From: an uncultured Pelolinea sp.
GTDB lineage: Bacteria; Chloroflexota; Anaerolineae; Anaerolineales; Anaerolineaceae
NCBI GenBank assembly: GCA_964490205.1
Contig: CAZBCD010000001.1
Coordinates: forward strand, 1 to 35,926
Direction: 5' to 3'
Length of the DNA stretch: 35,926 bases
The number at the start of each line of letters is the position of its first letter. Positions within the stretch are counted from its first letter, which is position 1. A program made the position numbers and the translations under genes. Under the pieces are notes generated by a model. That model saw only the letters and a program-made list of their open reading frames with translations, had not been told where the DNA came from and did no database searches. Positions 1 to 9,164 of this stretch are shown here, one piece after another.

Positions 1-44
1 AACCTGATGAAGTCATTAATAATCTTGTTGCACTAAAAGTTTGA
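1..44 (+). CDS. possible 3' end of a gene entering from the left edge (...PDEVINNLVALKV*)
   Basis: Open frame from position 3 ending TGA at 42-44; the tail resembles HAD-hydrolase C-termini but is too short to assign. Confidence 0.25.
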   Translation, partial: PDEVINNLVALKV

Positions 45-84
45 AACCACAATTGATAATCCCGCAGGTTTCTACTGAGGATAT

Positions 85-312
85 TTACCTCTTCGTCGAT
101 TTAGTTATACCGTTCGCGTGTGTCCGCATCTGCCATAGTGGGCGCGATGCGCGCATTCTAGATGGAGGATATCCCACTACCAATCCGGTGGCAAGGCGGA
201 TAACTTGCGCGCCGTTCTTTACCATTTCTTCTCCTGCGTACTCAATATTGCCGCCTGCGCAGTGTCGGTAGCGGTCGCAAATGATGATGCCGATCTTAGT
301 GGTGGATTTCAT
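85..312 (-). pseudogene. CGGC-domain protein remnant with an internal in-frame deletion and a replaced C-terminus
   Basis: KIGIIICDRYRHCAGG joins directly to NIEYAGEEMVKNGAQVIRLATGLVVGYPP. Both blocks match my recollection of the CGGC family, but the intervening KC...CGGCP segment and the final Cys (YPPCP) are missing. Confidence 0.65.
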
Positions 313-361
313 AAGTATTTCTTTCTAAATGATTTTATGATGGTACATTTTTACTATACCA

Positions 362-1036
362 TCAGGTGATTAAATCACGTCTAAGGTCTCCAGCCGCAGC
401 TTTAATTGGGCGGAAAGAGTGGCGGTGGATTGGGCAGGGACCAAGTTCAGCGAGCGCGGTGCGGTGCTGGGTTGTGCCGTAGCCTTTATGGCGGGCAAAT
501 CCGTAGCCAGGAAAGTGCTGATCAAGTTCCTGCATATAGGCATCCCGGGCAGTTTTTGCGAGTACAGAGGCAGCCGCTATGCTGAGCGAGCGGCAGTCTC
601 CCTTTGGAAGAGAAAGCTGCGGGCATGTGCAGTTGCGGATCTGGAGGTAATCCACGAGGAGGTAAGTTGGTGCATACACGAGCTCATCGAGCGCACGAAG
701 CATGGCAAGACAAGTGGCGGGAACAACCCCTAATTTGTCGACCTCATCATTTGTGGCTGACCCAATAGTCCAGGCGATGGCTGCAGACTGGATGCAACCC
801 CGCCAGCGGCTCCGCTGAAGCGGGGTCATACGCTTAGAATCCCGTACGCCACTTAGAAGCTCGATCACACGGTGATCGGTGGGGAGGACGACGGCAGCGG
901 CATAAACGGGGCCAGCCCATGCGCCGCGCCCGGCTTCATCCAAACCAGCAACAATACGGAATCCGTCTCCCCAAAGCTGCTTTTCGTATTCGAGCGTGGG
1001 TTTTTCCGGGATGGTGTATGTTTTACGCGTCCGCAC
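362..1036 (-). CDS. rnhB: ribonuclease HII
   Basis: GLDEAGRGAWAGPV, DSK, KGD..SLSIAAASVLAK, HKGYGT and HRHSF motifs. Confidence 0.96.
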   Translation of the reverse strand: MRTRKTYTIPEKPTLEYEKQLWGDGFRIVAGLDEAGRGAWAGPVYAAAVVLPTDHRVIELLSGVRDSKRMTPLQRSRWRGCIQSAAIAWTIGSATNDEVDKLGVVPATCLAMLRALDELVYAPTYLLVDYLQIRNCTCPQLSLPKGDCRSLSIAAASVLAKTARDAYMQELDQHFPGYGFARHKGYGTTQHRTALAELGPCPIHRHSFRPIKAAAGDLRRDLIT

Positions 1037-1766
1037 GGTACCTTCCTCTTAGATCGTTAAAGCGAATCTTAAGCAGATCTATGCCCATTTGGAATGAATC
1101 CCGCAACACTTTAACCGTGCTGTGGGGATGATGATGCCAGTGGATTGGAATCTCGACGATCTTGAAACCCAATTTACGGGCAATAAAGAGCGCTTCGACA
1201 TCAAAGGTCCAGCCGGAAATGGTCAAGCGCGGAAAGATGGCATTCGATGCGTCCTCACGGAAGAGCTTGAATCCACACTGGGTATCGTTAATCCCCGGGA
1301 GAAGCAGGATGCGCACAAACCAGTTGAACGCGCGGCCGACGAGATGCCGGTATTGAGGCTCACCATAACGCACCGCACCGGGAGCTTCACGAGAGCCAAT
1401 GGCGATGGGTGCACTAAGTTCCGCCGGGGGCATGAAATTAGCAATTTCCTCAATCGGCATTGAGAGGTCCGCGTCGCAAATAAAACGGTATTCCCCTCTG
1501 GCTTTGAACATTCCCTGGCGGATTGCCCACCCCTTGCCTCGGTGGTTTTCATGCAGAACAGTCAAACAGCAGATTTCACCCTGCATATCATTAGCAATTT
1601 TATAAGTGCCGTCAGTGCTGCCGTTTTCAACGACGATGATCTCAGTGGAGAGATCCTGTGTGGAAAGATATGCGTTGATCTTGCGCAGAGTTTCTGGCAG
1701 GCGTTCAGCTTCGTTGAAGGCAGGGATGATGATGGATAAAAAAGGTTTTTTCATGCACACAGCCAT
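1023..1766 (-). CDS. family 2 glycosyltransferase (dolichyl/polyprenyl-phosphate glucosyltransferase-like)
   Basis: SIIIPAFNE, NGSTDGT, GKG, DAD, DTQCGFKLF and FDVE motifs; alternative start at 1754. Confidence 0.9.
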   Translation of the reverse strand: MAVCMKKPFLSIIIPAFNEAERLPETLRKINAYLSTQDLSTEIIVVENGSTDGTYKIANDMQGEICCLTVLHENHRGKGWAIRQGMFKARGEYRFICDADLSMPIEEIANFMPPAELSAPIAIGSREAPGAVRYGEPQYRHLVGRAFNWFVRILLLPGINDTQCGFKLFREDASNAIFPRLTISGWTFDVEALFIARKLGFKIVEIPIHWHHHPHSTVKVLRDSFQMGIDLLKIRFNDLRGRYRADA

Positions 1767-1810
1767 ATGGTTAGATATGAGCTAATTGTATCAATTTTCT
1801 GTTTGACTGG

Positions 1811-2674
1811 TTATTGAGCAGATGTACAGGGTTTAGTCCAGGCATCCAGCTCGCGGTTCTTGAAGATGCCGGAGTAGCCATTCGCGATCGCTGTGGAACA
1901 AAAATCAATAGTGCTATTGAACTCATCCGTATATTCAACCTGGAAAACAGCTTTTCCTTGCTCAATGAAGGGCTGGAAATCAGCACACTCACCATATACA
2001 GAGCAGTCTTCAATGAGGGCAAAATCGAAATGGTTCACCAGGTCAGCGACCTGTTGATTATTGTTTTTCATTCCGATAGATAAGCCGTGTAGATGGGTCT
2101 GCTCGCTGAGCCAGATATTATAGGTAAGCTGGTCCTGGGCAGTGATAGAGAAACCGGTGTCCTGCTGGAACCCGTTGATATTATCAGGGTCGATCCCATC
2201 GCAGCCCTTGCTGGCAGCAAGGGTAAAGCGGTCGCTGATGAGACCGCTGAAGATTTCATAATTGCTGACATCAAACCAGCGCTCGCCTTCCCAGCCGATA
2301 TATTTTTTACCGATAACTGCATCGGGAAAGGCACCTGCGTCTGGACGATATTCTTCCCAGGCGCCTACATTGATATAGCAGATTACCCTTTTGCCAGCTT
2401 TATGGAGGAAATCAATGGTTTCTCGCTGTGTCTCAAAAAGATCGAGTTCGAACACATCTGCTTCAGCGGATAGATCAGGGGGATAATCAGATAACTGCAA
2501 TTGAAAGCTGTCAGAGGGAGAGGGAGACCAGTAAGCCGGCAGGGTGTTTGCGGGTGTGATGGCGGGAGCGATGGCTGATGTAGGTGGAACCTTTGCCGTG
2601 GTGGAGACGCAGGCAGAGAGAATTGTTATTAATGAAATAATTACAAATAATAGAGATTGATTGGATTTAGCCAT
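1811..2674 (-). CDS. GH114-family endo-alpha-1,4-polygalactosaminidase-like lipoprotein
   Basis: Lipobox LSAC and Pro/Thr linker; ICYINVGAWEEYRPD, GWEGERW, GIDPDN, GMKN, IEDC and GKAVFQVEY motifs. Confidence 0.88.
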   Translation of the reverse strand: MAKSNQSLLFVIISLITILSACVSTTAKVPPTSAIAPAITPANTLPAYWSPSPSDSFQLQLSDYPPDLSAEADVFELDLFETQRETIDFLHKAGKRVICYINVGAWEEYRPDAGAFPDAVIGKKYIGWEGERWFDVSNYEIFSGLISDRFTLAASKGCDGIDPDNINGFQQDTGFSITAQDQLTYNIWLSEQTHLHGLSIGMKNNNQQVADLVNHFDFALIEDCSVYGECADFQPFIEQGKAVFQVEYTDEFNSTIDFCSTAIANGYSGIFKNRELDAWTKPCTSAQ

Positions 2675-2724
2675 GTAGTTAATTTATGGGTTTTGCTGCT
2701 GTGGTCATTTTCAATTAATAAAGG

Positions 2725-2798
2725 TCGGGGTGGGCGGACTTGAACCGCCGACCTCTGCGTCCCAAACGCAGCGCGCTGGCCAACTGCGCTACACCCCG
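2725..2798 (-). tRNA. tRNA-Pro (TGG)
   Basis: Minus strand CGGGGTGTAGCGCAGTTGGCCAGCGCGCTGCGTTTGGGACGCAGAGGTCGGCGGTTCAAGTCCGCCCACCCCGA folds into a cloverleaf with anticodon arm CTGCG-TTTGGGA-CGCAG; followed by CCT, so CCA is not fully encoded. Confidence 0.97.
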
Positions 2799-2806
2799 GC
2801 GCCTAG

Positions 2807-2836
2807 AGTATAATCGTATCATGCCCCAACCGTCAA
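2807..2836 (-). promoter_or_regulatory. sigma70-type promoter of tRNA-Pro
   Basis: TTGACG-N18-TATACT ending 8 nt before the tRNA 5' end. Confidence 0.6.
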
Positions 2837-2874
2837 GGAAGGGTGTTTTTTTCACTAGCGAAGGGAAATTACGC

Positions 2875-3774
2875 GTGCACGATAAAAGGCATAAGTTCAT
2901 TTTTAGAGTAGCGATCGCAATTGCATCTGCTCTACTGATTGGCTGCATCCCGCCCGCAGCAGAGCCAACAAAAACAGTCCTTGCCTCGGCAATCACTCCT
3001 CAGGCAACCCGCTTAACCTCCACGGTATCCACGCAAGCGCCCATGCAGGCACAACTAACGGTCGCACAGTGCATGGAGAGCGGGAAGGTGGAACGCTACC
3101 TGATAGATTCCGTACTGCTGAACGAGGAGCTGTATTACAGTGTGTATTTTCCACCGTGCTATTCAGAAGAGAAACCGAGTGGATACCCGGTGCTGTATGC
3201 GCTGCATGGGCAGAATTTTAATGATGGAATGTGGATAGATCTGGGTGCAGCGGAAACCGCGGACACTTTGATCCTTAATGGCTCGGCAGAACCATTCCTG
3301 ATAGTGATGCCGTATGAGGAGTTCTTTTTTCGTAAAGCGGAAGGGAATGGTTTCCCTCGGGCTCTAACTGAGGAGATCATCCCGTGGGTTGAAGGAAACC
3401 TAAATGTGTGCACTGAGAGCGTATGCCGGGCGATTGGAGGAATATCCCGTGGAGCTTCTTGGGCCATGCGCATTGGGTTGGCGGAGTGGGATTTCTTTGG
3501 CTCGATCGGTGCTCACAGCATGCCGACTTTCAACGGAGATATTGGCAATCTGCCAGAGTGGTTAAACGAGATTCCTCACGGTGAAGAACCGCGTATTTAT
3601 TTGGATACAGGGCGCTTTGACCCGGAAGTTAAGAATGCTTTTCGATTTGAAAATGTACTCAACGAGAAAGGCATTCCACACGAATGGCACCTGAATGAAG
3701 GCCTCCATAACGAAGAATACTGGGAAGAACAGATGGAGACGTATCTGCACTGGTACGCAAAAGGATGGGATTGA
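2875..3774 (+). CDS. alpha/beta-hydrolase lipoprotein, putative esterase (Fes/antigen-85-like family)
   Basis: YPVLYALHGQ, nucleophile GISRGA, C-terminal GLHNEEYW and lipobox LIGC. Start moved to GTG 2875 (AAGGGA upstream) because the longer ORF overlaps the tRNA. Confidence 0.85.
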   Translation: MHDKRHKFIFRVAIAIASALLIGCIPPAAEPTKTVLASAITPQATRLTSTVSTQAPMQAQLTVAQCMESGKVERYLIDSVLLNEELYYSVYFPPCYSEEKPSGYPVLYALHGQNFNDGMWIDLGAAETADTLILNGSAEPFLIVMPYEEFFFRKAEGNGFPRALTEEIIPWVEGNLNVCTESVCRAIGGISRGASWAMRIGLAEWDFFGSIGAHSMPTFNGDIGNLPEWLNEIPHGEEPRIYLDTGRFDPEVKNAFRFENVLNEKGIPHEWHLNEGLHNEEYWEEQMETYLHWYAKGWD

Positions 3775-3779
3775 AACAG

Positions 3780-4634
3780 ATGAAACGTACGAAACTGGTA
3801 TTGATATTTACTTTTCTCGTCGTGGGTTGCGGATCTGTACTGGAGAGTACGGTAGAGAAACAGGCAGGCCTAGTTGCATGCGCAACAACTATCCCAACAG
3901 TAGTCTCAACGGTGACACCTGAGGGTTGCACAGATACGCGTGGGTATTTTGAGTTTATAGAAGTTCCTTCGGAGTTGATGAATTACCCAATGGAAGCGCG
4001 GGTGTACCTGCCGCCGTGCTACGATATGGAGCTTGAAAAGGCATATCCGGTATTGTATTTTCTACACGGGCAGAGCTTTAAAGATGATCAATGGGACCGG
4101 CTGGGGGCTGATGAAGTTTTGGACGCGATAATCCAATCTGGCGAGTATGTGCCGTACATCATCGTGATGCCTAAAGAAACCAATTATATGAATAACCAGT
4201 GGGATTCGAAATTTGGTCCCTCGCTGGCGGAAGAATTGGTACCTTGGGTAGATGCGCAGTACCGGACGATTATGGATAGGAAGGGGCGGGCGGTCGGGGG
4301 TTTGTCACGTGGGGCTGCATGGGCTATGCGCACTGGAATGATCTACTGGGAGACATTCAATGCCATCGGCTGTCATTCCTTTGCGCCGTTTCGTGGGGAC
4401 TTCAATGAAGCGCCGTTCTGGTTTAAGGAGATTCCAGAGGAAGACCTGCCGCGCATATATATTGATATGGGTGTCTTGGACGTGAACCTGGATGCTGCTA
4501 ACGTATTCGAAACACGCTTGACGAAATACCGCATCCCGCACGAATGGCATATTTTCCTCGGTACGCATAACGAAGAATACTGGTCAGCGCATGTGGGCGA
4601 CTACCTGAAGTGGTACGCGGAAGGATGGGAGTAG
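3780..4634 (+). CDS. alpha/beta-hydrolase lipoprotein, putative esterase; paralog of the upstream gene
   Basis: YPVLYFLHGQ, GLSRGA, GTHNEEYW and lipobox VVGC; start 3780 or 3765. Confidence 0.85.
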   Translation: MKRTKLVLIFTFLVVGCGSVLESTVEKQAGLVACATTIPTVVSTVTPEGCTDTRGYFEFIEVPSELMNYPMEARVYLPPCYDMELEKAYPVLYFLHGQSFKDDQWDRLGADEVLDAIIQSGEYVPYIIVMPKETNYMNNQWDSKFGPSLAEELVPWVDAQYRTIMDRKGRAVGGLSRGAAWAMRTGMIYWETFNAIGCHSFAPFRGDFNEAPFWFKEIPEEDLPRIYIDMGVLDVNLDAANVFETRLTKYRIPHEWHIFLGTHNEEYWSAHVGDYLKWYAEGWE

Positions 4635-4696
4635 CAGGGAGGGGATATCTTTCGGATATCTTATAGGCGACCTTTCCGCTTGATATAATTACGCTC

Positions 4697-4984
4697 ATGA
4701 GCCTAACATTCGAAGAAATTGAACACATTGCCCTGCTGGCACGGCTGGACCTGAACCTGGAGGAAAAGCAGCGCTACCAGCAGCAATTATCAGATATTTT
4801 GGAATATGTCGCCCAGCTGCAGAAGCTGGATACCGGGAGTATTTCGCCAACTTCCAGCCATCTGCCTCCCCGATCGCGGCTGCGAACAGATGTACCAAAA
4901 GAAGGACTCTCGCAGGAGAGGGCACTGGAGAACGCGCCGGATTTAGAAACAGACCAATTCAAGGTTCCGCCGGTGCTGGAATGA
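4697..4984 (+). CDS. gatC: Asp-tRNA(Asn)/Glu-tRNA(Gln) amidotransferase subunit C
   Basis: IEHIALLARL...LENAP...FKVPPV, 95 aa, ATGA-coupled to gatA. Confidence 0.95.
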   Translation: MSLTFEEIEHIALLARLDLNLEEKQRYQQQLSDILEYVAQLQKLDTGSISPTSSHLPPRSRLRTDVPKEGLSQERALENAPDLETDQFKVPPVLE

Positions 4985-6462
4985 GCGATATGAATGAATT
5001 GACAGATCTGACTGTCAAAGAAGCAGTGGATGCACTTGCAAATGGGCAGGTATCCAGCCGGGAACTGACAGAAGCGTTTCTTGAGCGCATTCTTGCGCAT
5101 GAAGCGGAGATTCACGCGTTCATCACGACCACTCCGGAAATTGCCCTGGAGATGGCGGATAGCGCTGATGCCAAACGCGTACAGCTTAGGAAAGAGGGTG
5201 TAACTATACCGTCCCTGCTGGGACTGCCCCTGGCGATTAAAGATGTGCTGTGTGTGGATGGCGTGCGGGCGACATGCGGATCAAAAATTTTAAAACAATT
5301 CAAGCCGCCCTTCAACGCGACAGCAGTGGAGAGACTGCTGGACGCGGGCGTTGTTATACTGGGCAAAACGAATATGGATGAGTTCGCAATGGGCTCATCG
5401 ACAGAAAACTCTGCTTACGGCGTGACACATAATCCCTGGGATTTGAACCGCGTACCAGGTGGATCAAGCGGGGGATCTGCCGCCGCGGTAGCCGCTAAAT
5501 TCTCACCAGCCGCATTAGGAACAGACACTGGAGGCAGCGTACGCCAGCCGGCTTCATTTTGCGGGGTGACGGGTATCAAACCTACCTATGGGCGTGTTTC
5601 GCGTTACGGGTTGATCGCGTATGGATCCTCATTGGACACTATAGGTGTGCTGGCGCGAACAGCGGAGGATGTAGAGACCATTTTCCAGCTGACTGCCGGC
5701 TTTGATGAACGCGACGCAACGACGATCAATGCGCCAGTATCCGACACTGCCTGCCATGAGGGAGCAGATATCAAAGGGCTGCGGGTCGGTGTACCAAAGG
5801 AATATTTCATTGAAGGCATCCAACCGGAGGTAGAGCAGTCAGTGCGCGCAGCAATCGAAACATTGCGCGAGTTAGGTGCCGAGATCATAGACATTTCCCT
5901 GCCGCATACGGAATATGCGCTGCCAGTATATTATCTGATCGCTCCCGCAGAGGCATCTGCAAATCTGGCGCGCTACGACGGTGTGCGTTTTGGACTGCGC
6001 GCGTCGGATGAGAATATGACGCAGATGTTCACAAAATCACGCGGGGCGGGGTTCGGACCGGAAGTTAAGCGTCGCATCATGCTCGGCACGTATGCGCTTT
6101 CAGCAGGATATTATGACGCCTATTACGGGCAGGCACAAAAAGTGCGCACGCTGATCAAAGCGGATTTCGACAGTGTGTTCACGAAGGTGGACGCGGTCGC
6201 CGCACCAGTGGCACCAACAACTGCTTTTAAGATCGGCGGACATGGGGACGATCCACTCGCTATGTATCTGGAAGATGTGTTTACCCTGCCGGCTAACCTG
6301 GCAGGTGTACCAGGGCTGGCTTTTCCGACTGGATTTGACAGTGATGGGCTTCCGATCGGTATGCAGTTGATGGGAAAGCATTTTGATGAGGAAACGCTCT
6401 TTAGATTAACGCATGTATTCCAACAGCACACAGATTGGCACCTAAAAACTCCTGCCTTATAA
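4981..6462 (+). CDS. gatA: Asp-tRNA(Asn)/Glu-tRNA(Gln) amidotransferase subunit A
   Basis: Amidase signature [40 protein letters not shown] and [11 protein letters not shown]. Confidence 0.97.
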   Translation: MSDMNELTDLTVKEAVDALANGQVSSRELTEAFLERILAHEAEIHAFITTTPEIALEMADSADAKRVQLRKEGVTIPSLLGLPLAIKDVLCVDGVRATCGSKILKQFKPPFNATAVERLLDAGVVILGKTNMDEFAMGSSTENSAYGVTHNPWDLNRVPGGSSGGSAAAVAAKFSPAALGTDTGGSVRQPASFCGVTGIKPTYGRVSRYGLIAYGSSLDTIGVLARTAEDVETIFQLTAGFDERDATTINAPVSDTACHEGADIKGLRVGVPKEYFIEGIQPEVEQSVRAAIETLRELGAEIIDISLPHTEYALPVYYLIAPAEASANLARYDGVRFGLRASDENMTQMFTKSRGAGFGPEVKRRIMLGTYALSAGYYDAYYGQAQKVRTLIKADFDSVFTKVDAVAAPVAPTTAFKIGGHGDDPLAMYLEDVFTLPANLAGVPGLAFPTGFDSDGLPIGMQLMGKHFDEETLFRLTHVFQQHTDWHLKTPAL

Positions 6463-6598
6463 GTGCGGCAGAGATCCTGATCGTTATTTAGATATAATTA
6501 TTCATCGCGTTATACCTTTTGCCTAAATCTCTATAGCAGGCATTTCAATATACGTGTCTGGCTTTTATAATGAAGAATAACTCCCCTTGGAGGTGGGT

Positions 6599-7441
6599 AT
6601 GTATATTGCAATCGACGTGGGTGGAACAAATATGCGCATTGCGCTGGTGGACCTTACGGGAAAAGAATCTATCGTTATGTTGGAATCCCACCAGGTACCG
6701 CAGGATTACAGTATCGGGATGGAAGAATTAATCGGTCATATCGCAGCACTTTCCAAAGGGCAGGATATCCAGGGAATCGGCGCGTGCTTTCCGGGCATCA
6801 TTGACGAAAATGATATGGTCACCACTGCAAACAATCTGCCAGATTGGGGGATGAGACCGATCAAAGAGACGCTCCAGGAACGCTTTAATGTGCCTGTGAA
6901 ACTGATCCATGATGTACAGGGAGCGGCAATCGGAGAAGCTCTGTTTGGGGCAGCCAAGGGGCGCGATCGGTTTGTATATTTCATCTGGGGGACGGGCATC
7001 GGCGCGGGAGATATTAAAAAGATTGACGAGAAGCGATATTTCATGTTCTCTTTTGAGAATGGGCACCATATCATGGAATGGGATGGTAAGCAGTGCAACT
7101 GCGGGCAGAAAGGATGCCCAGAGGCGTACCTGGGCGGGGAAATGCTGCGGGTGTATTTTGGCGCAGATATGGGAGATATTACTGATGATGATCCGGGCTG
7201 GGATTTTGTAGTGCAGAAGGCTGCCCAAGTAGTACTGAATACGTTGATCTTCCACCCCGTGGACCTGTTTGTTTTCAGCGGTGGGGTAATCACGCGCCGG
7301 CCATTTCTACTGGAGCGCATCAAGCCGATCATGCAAAAAAGGCTGGAAATGTTCCCGCTGCCGGAGATGGTGCTGGCTGAAAAAGGGGACCAGAGTGCGT
7401 TATTCGGCTGCGCGGGATCTTTTCTGATTGATATGGTGTGA
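6599..7441 (+). CDS. ROK-family sugar kinase (no HTH)
   Basis: AIDVGGT ATP loop, GTGIGAG, ENGH and Zn motif CNCGQKGCPE; GGAGG RBS before ATG 6599. Confidence 0.88.
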   Translation: MYIAIDVGGTNMRIALVDLTGKESIVMLESHQVPQDYSIGMEELIGHIAALSKGQDIQGIGACFPGIIDENDMVTTANNLPDWGMRPIKETLQERFNVPVKLIHDVQGAAIGEALFGAAKGRDRFVYFIWGTGIGAGDIKKIDEKRYFMFSFENGHHIMEWDGKQCNCGQKGCPEAYLGGEMLRVYFGADMGDITDDDPGWDFVVQKAAQVVLNTLIFHPVDLFVFSGGVITRRPFLLERIKPIMQKRLEMFPLPEMVLAEKGDQSALFGCAGSFLIDMV

Positions 7442-7457
7442 TTATTTTAGAGATACT

Positions 7458-8027
7458 ATGAATACTATTCTGGATTGGCTGTCAGGGGGTGATCTGCGTT
7501 CAGATGGAGCCGCTGATCAGGCAGCCGAGGCGGTTCTGGAGCACCCGGCACTGATCGGGGATCTAGTGGCAGGATTAGATAGCTCAGATGCAGTCATTAG
7601 GGGGCGCGCAGCCGATGCACTGGAGAAGATCGCTCGCTCACGGCCAGACTTGGTGATCTTGCATCTACCCTTGTTGCTTTCCCTATTGAAAACGGATACT
7701 GTGCCAATGGTGCGGATGCATCTGGCGATGATGCTGGGGCATTTTGCGGAATACACGCAATATGTGGATACGATCATCCCTGCACTGCTGCAGGCGCTGG
7801 ATGAAACGCGTGTATTCACGAAAAGCTGGGCGATAGTCAGTTTATGTATCTACGCGCGTAAATATCCCCGTTATTGGGAAGAGATCGCAAAAAAGATCGC
7901 GGAACTGAGTACTGACCCGAGTAAAGCCATCCAAACAAAGGTACGCTATGCAATGGAGATCCTATCTGGTGAAGAGATACCATTCCCAAAAGGATGGGTG
8001 AAGAGCGAACAAGATTTTTCGGATTAA
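7458..8027 (+). CDS. HEAT-repeat protein
   Basis: LSGGDLRSDG N-terminus and helical HEAT-like repeats (DAVIRGRAADALEKI); probable start MNTILDW at 7458. Confidence 0.7.
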   Translation: MNTILDWLSGGDLRSDGAADQAAEAVLEHPALIGDLVAGLDSSDAVIRGRAADALEKIARSRPDLVILHLPLLLSLLKTDTVPMVRMHLAMMLGHFAEYTQYVDTIIPALLQALDETRVFTKSWAIVSLCIYARKYPRYWEEIAKKIAELSTDPSKAIQTKVRYAMEILSGEEIPFPKGWVKSEQDFSD

Positions 8028-8029
8028 TC

Positions 8030-8056
8030 AAAAAAAGGGCTTGAAAAAGCCCTTTT
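8030..8056. terminator. bidirectional intrinsic terminator
   Basis: AAAAGGGCTT-GAAA-AAGCCCTTTT between convergent genes, with A/T runs on both sides. Confidence 0.8.
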
Positions 8057-8061
8057 AGATG

Positions 8062-8823
8062 TTAGTTATTTGGATTGCCTGGTCCTTTACCTCCCCCTTG
8101 ACTACCTCTACCAGTTTCAAAGCTTCCGGAGATGATCTCCTGGTATGCTTCTGGTGAGAGGTATTGCGGTTGGAAGGCTTCCCCCGTCTGCCTTTCGAGC
8201 GTGGTAACGAAGGAGCGGAGATGATTTCGAGAGCCGGCAAGCAGATTCTCGTATACCTGAGTGATATCTGCCAATTCTGTTTGAGCGATATACTTTTCCA
8301 GATCGAGAATATCGATCTCTTCCACAGCCGTGCCAATCACGAGCGCATCTGCAAGGGATGCGGATCCCATTTCAACCAACTGGTCATAGAGCGCCTGAAG
8401 ATCCTGGTCGCTGAACTGGCCGAGAGCGCTGACCTCTGCTGGGTCCGGGATCTCATATTTATTTAGCAGCGTTTTAACTGTTTCAGTATGGATCAACTCA
8501 CTGGCGGCAATGTTTTTGAAGATGGGCTGTCCCCACTGTTCATATAGAGCGATATATACATCATGGGCTAGTTTTTCTTCTTCGCGCATGAAAAGCAATC
8601 CTGCTACTTCATCATCTGTGAGCGTTCCACTATGCATGGCAGAATTTACTAGTCCCTGACCAGTGCCTTTTGTTGTGGAATTATTTACGTTTCCAACCCG
8701 CTTGTCTTCCACAGCAGCAGTTGTTATGACTTGGGGCTCTTCTACCTGCTCGGGGGCGTTCCCACAAGCGCTAATAGCCACAGCCGTAATTATCAGAACA
8801 AAGAAAATCGTGTACTTTTTCAT
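8062..8823 (-). CDS. DUF2202 ferritin-like lipoprotein
   Basis: Lipobox ISAC; MREEEKLAHDVY, ASELIH, EEIDILDL and GSRNHLRSF; Gly-rich tail. Confidence 0.85.
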   Translation of the reverse strand: MKKYTIFFVLIITAVAISACGNAPEQVEEPQVITTAAVEDKRVGNVNNSTTKGTGQGLVNSAMHSGTLTDDEVAGLLFMREEEKLAHDVYIALYEQWGQPIFKNIAASELIHTETVKTLLNKYEIPDPAEVSALGQFSDQDLQALYDQLVEMGSASLADALVIGTAVEEIDILDLEKYIAQTELADITQVYENLLAGSRNHLRSFVTTLERQTGEAFQPQYLSPEAYQEIISGSFETGRGSQGGGKGPGNPNN

Positions 8824-9164
8824 TATTACCTCTTTTGTGTTATATAGTGAATCATACTCACACTTGATAAAGAGCGTTTATGTTTAATATGAAGATATGG
8901 TGAAGAAATATTAATGATTGGTTAGAGCGTGGCAGCTTTATTGGAGTTATTGGGGGTAGTTGCAAAACGCCGGATAGGATTGGAAATGACTATCTTGAAA
9001 ACACTGGCGAAAATGGCGGCGGAAAATTATTATTGTGAATACTATCCGGAAAGGGTCGGTATTCATGCAGACGCTGCACACAATCCTAATAATTAGTCAT
9101 CTCCATGTAGTTATCGCTTGTATAATTTCAAATCTGTAATAACAGGAGAAAGAGGAAGGTGCGC

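Noticed and set aside
1767-2724. Integrative element at the tRNA-Pro 3' end
   Set aside because: No integrase and no duplicated tRNA 3' end were found downstream.
2740-2874. N-terminal extension of the esterase ORF, and ORF 2715..2996 on the minus strand
   Set aside because: Both overlap tRNA-Pro and its promoter; the signal peptide begins after GTG 2875.
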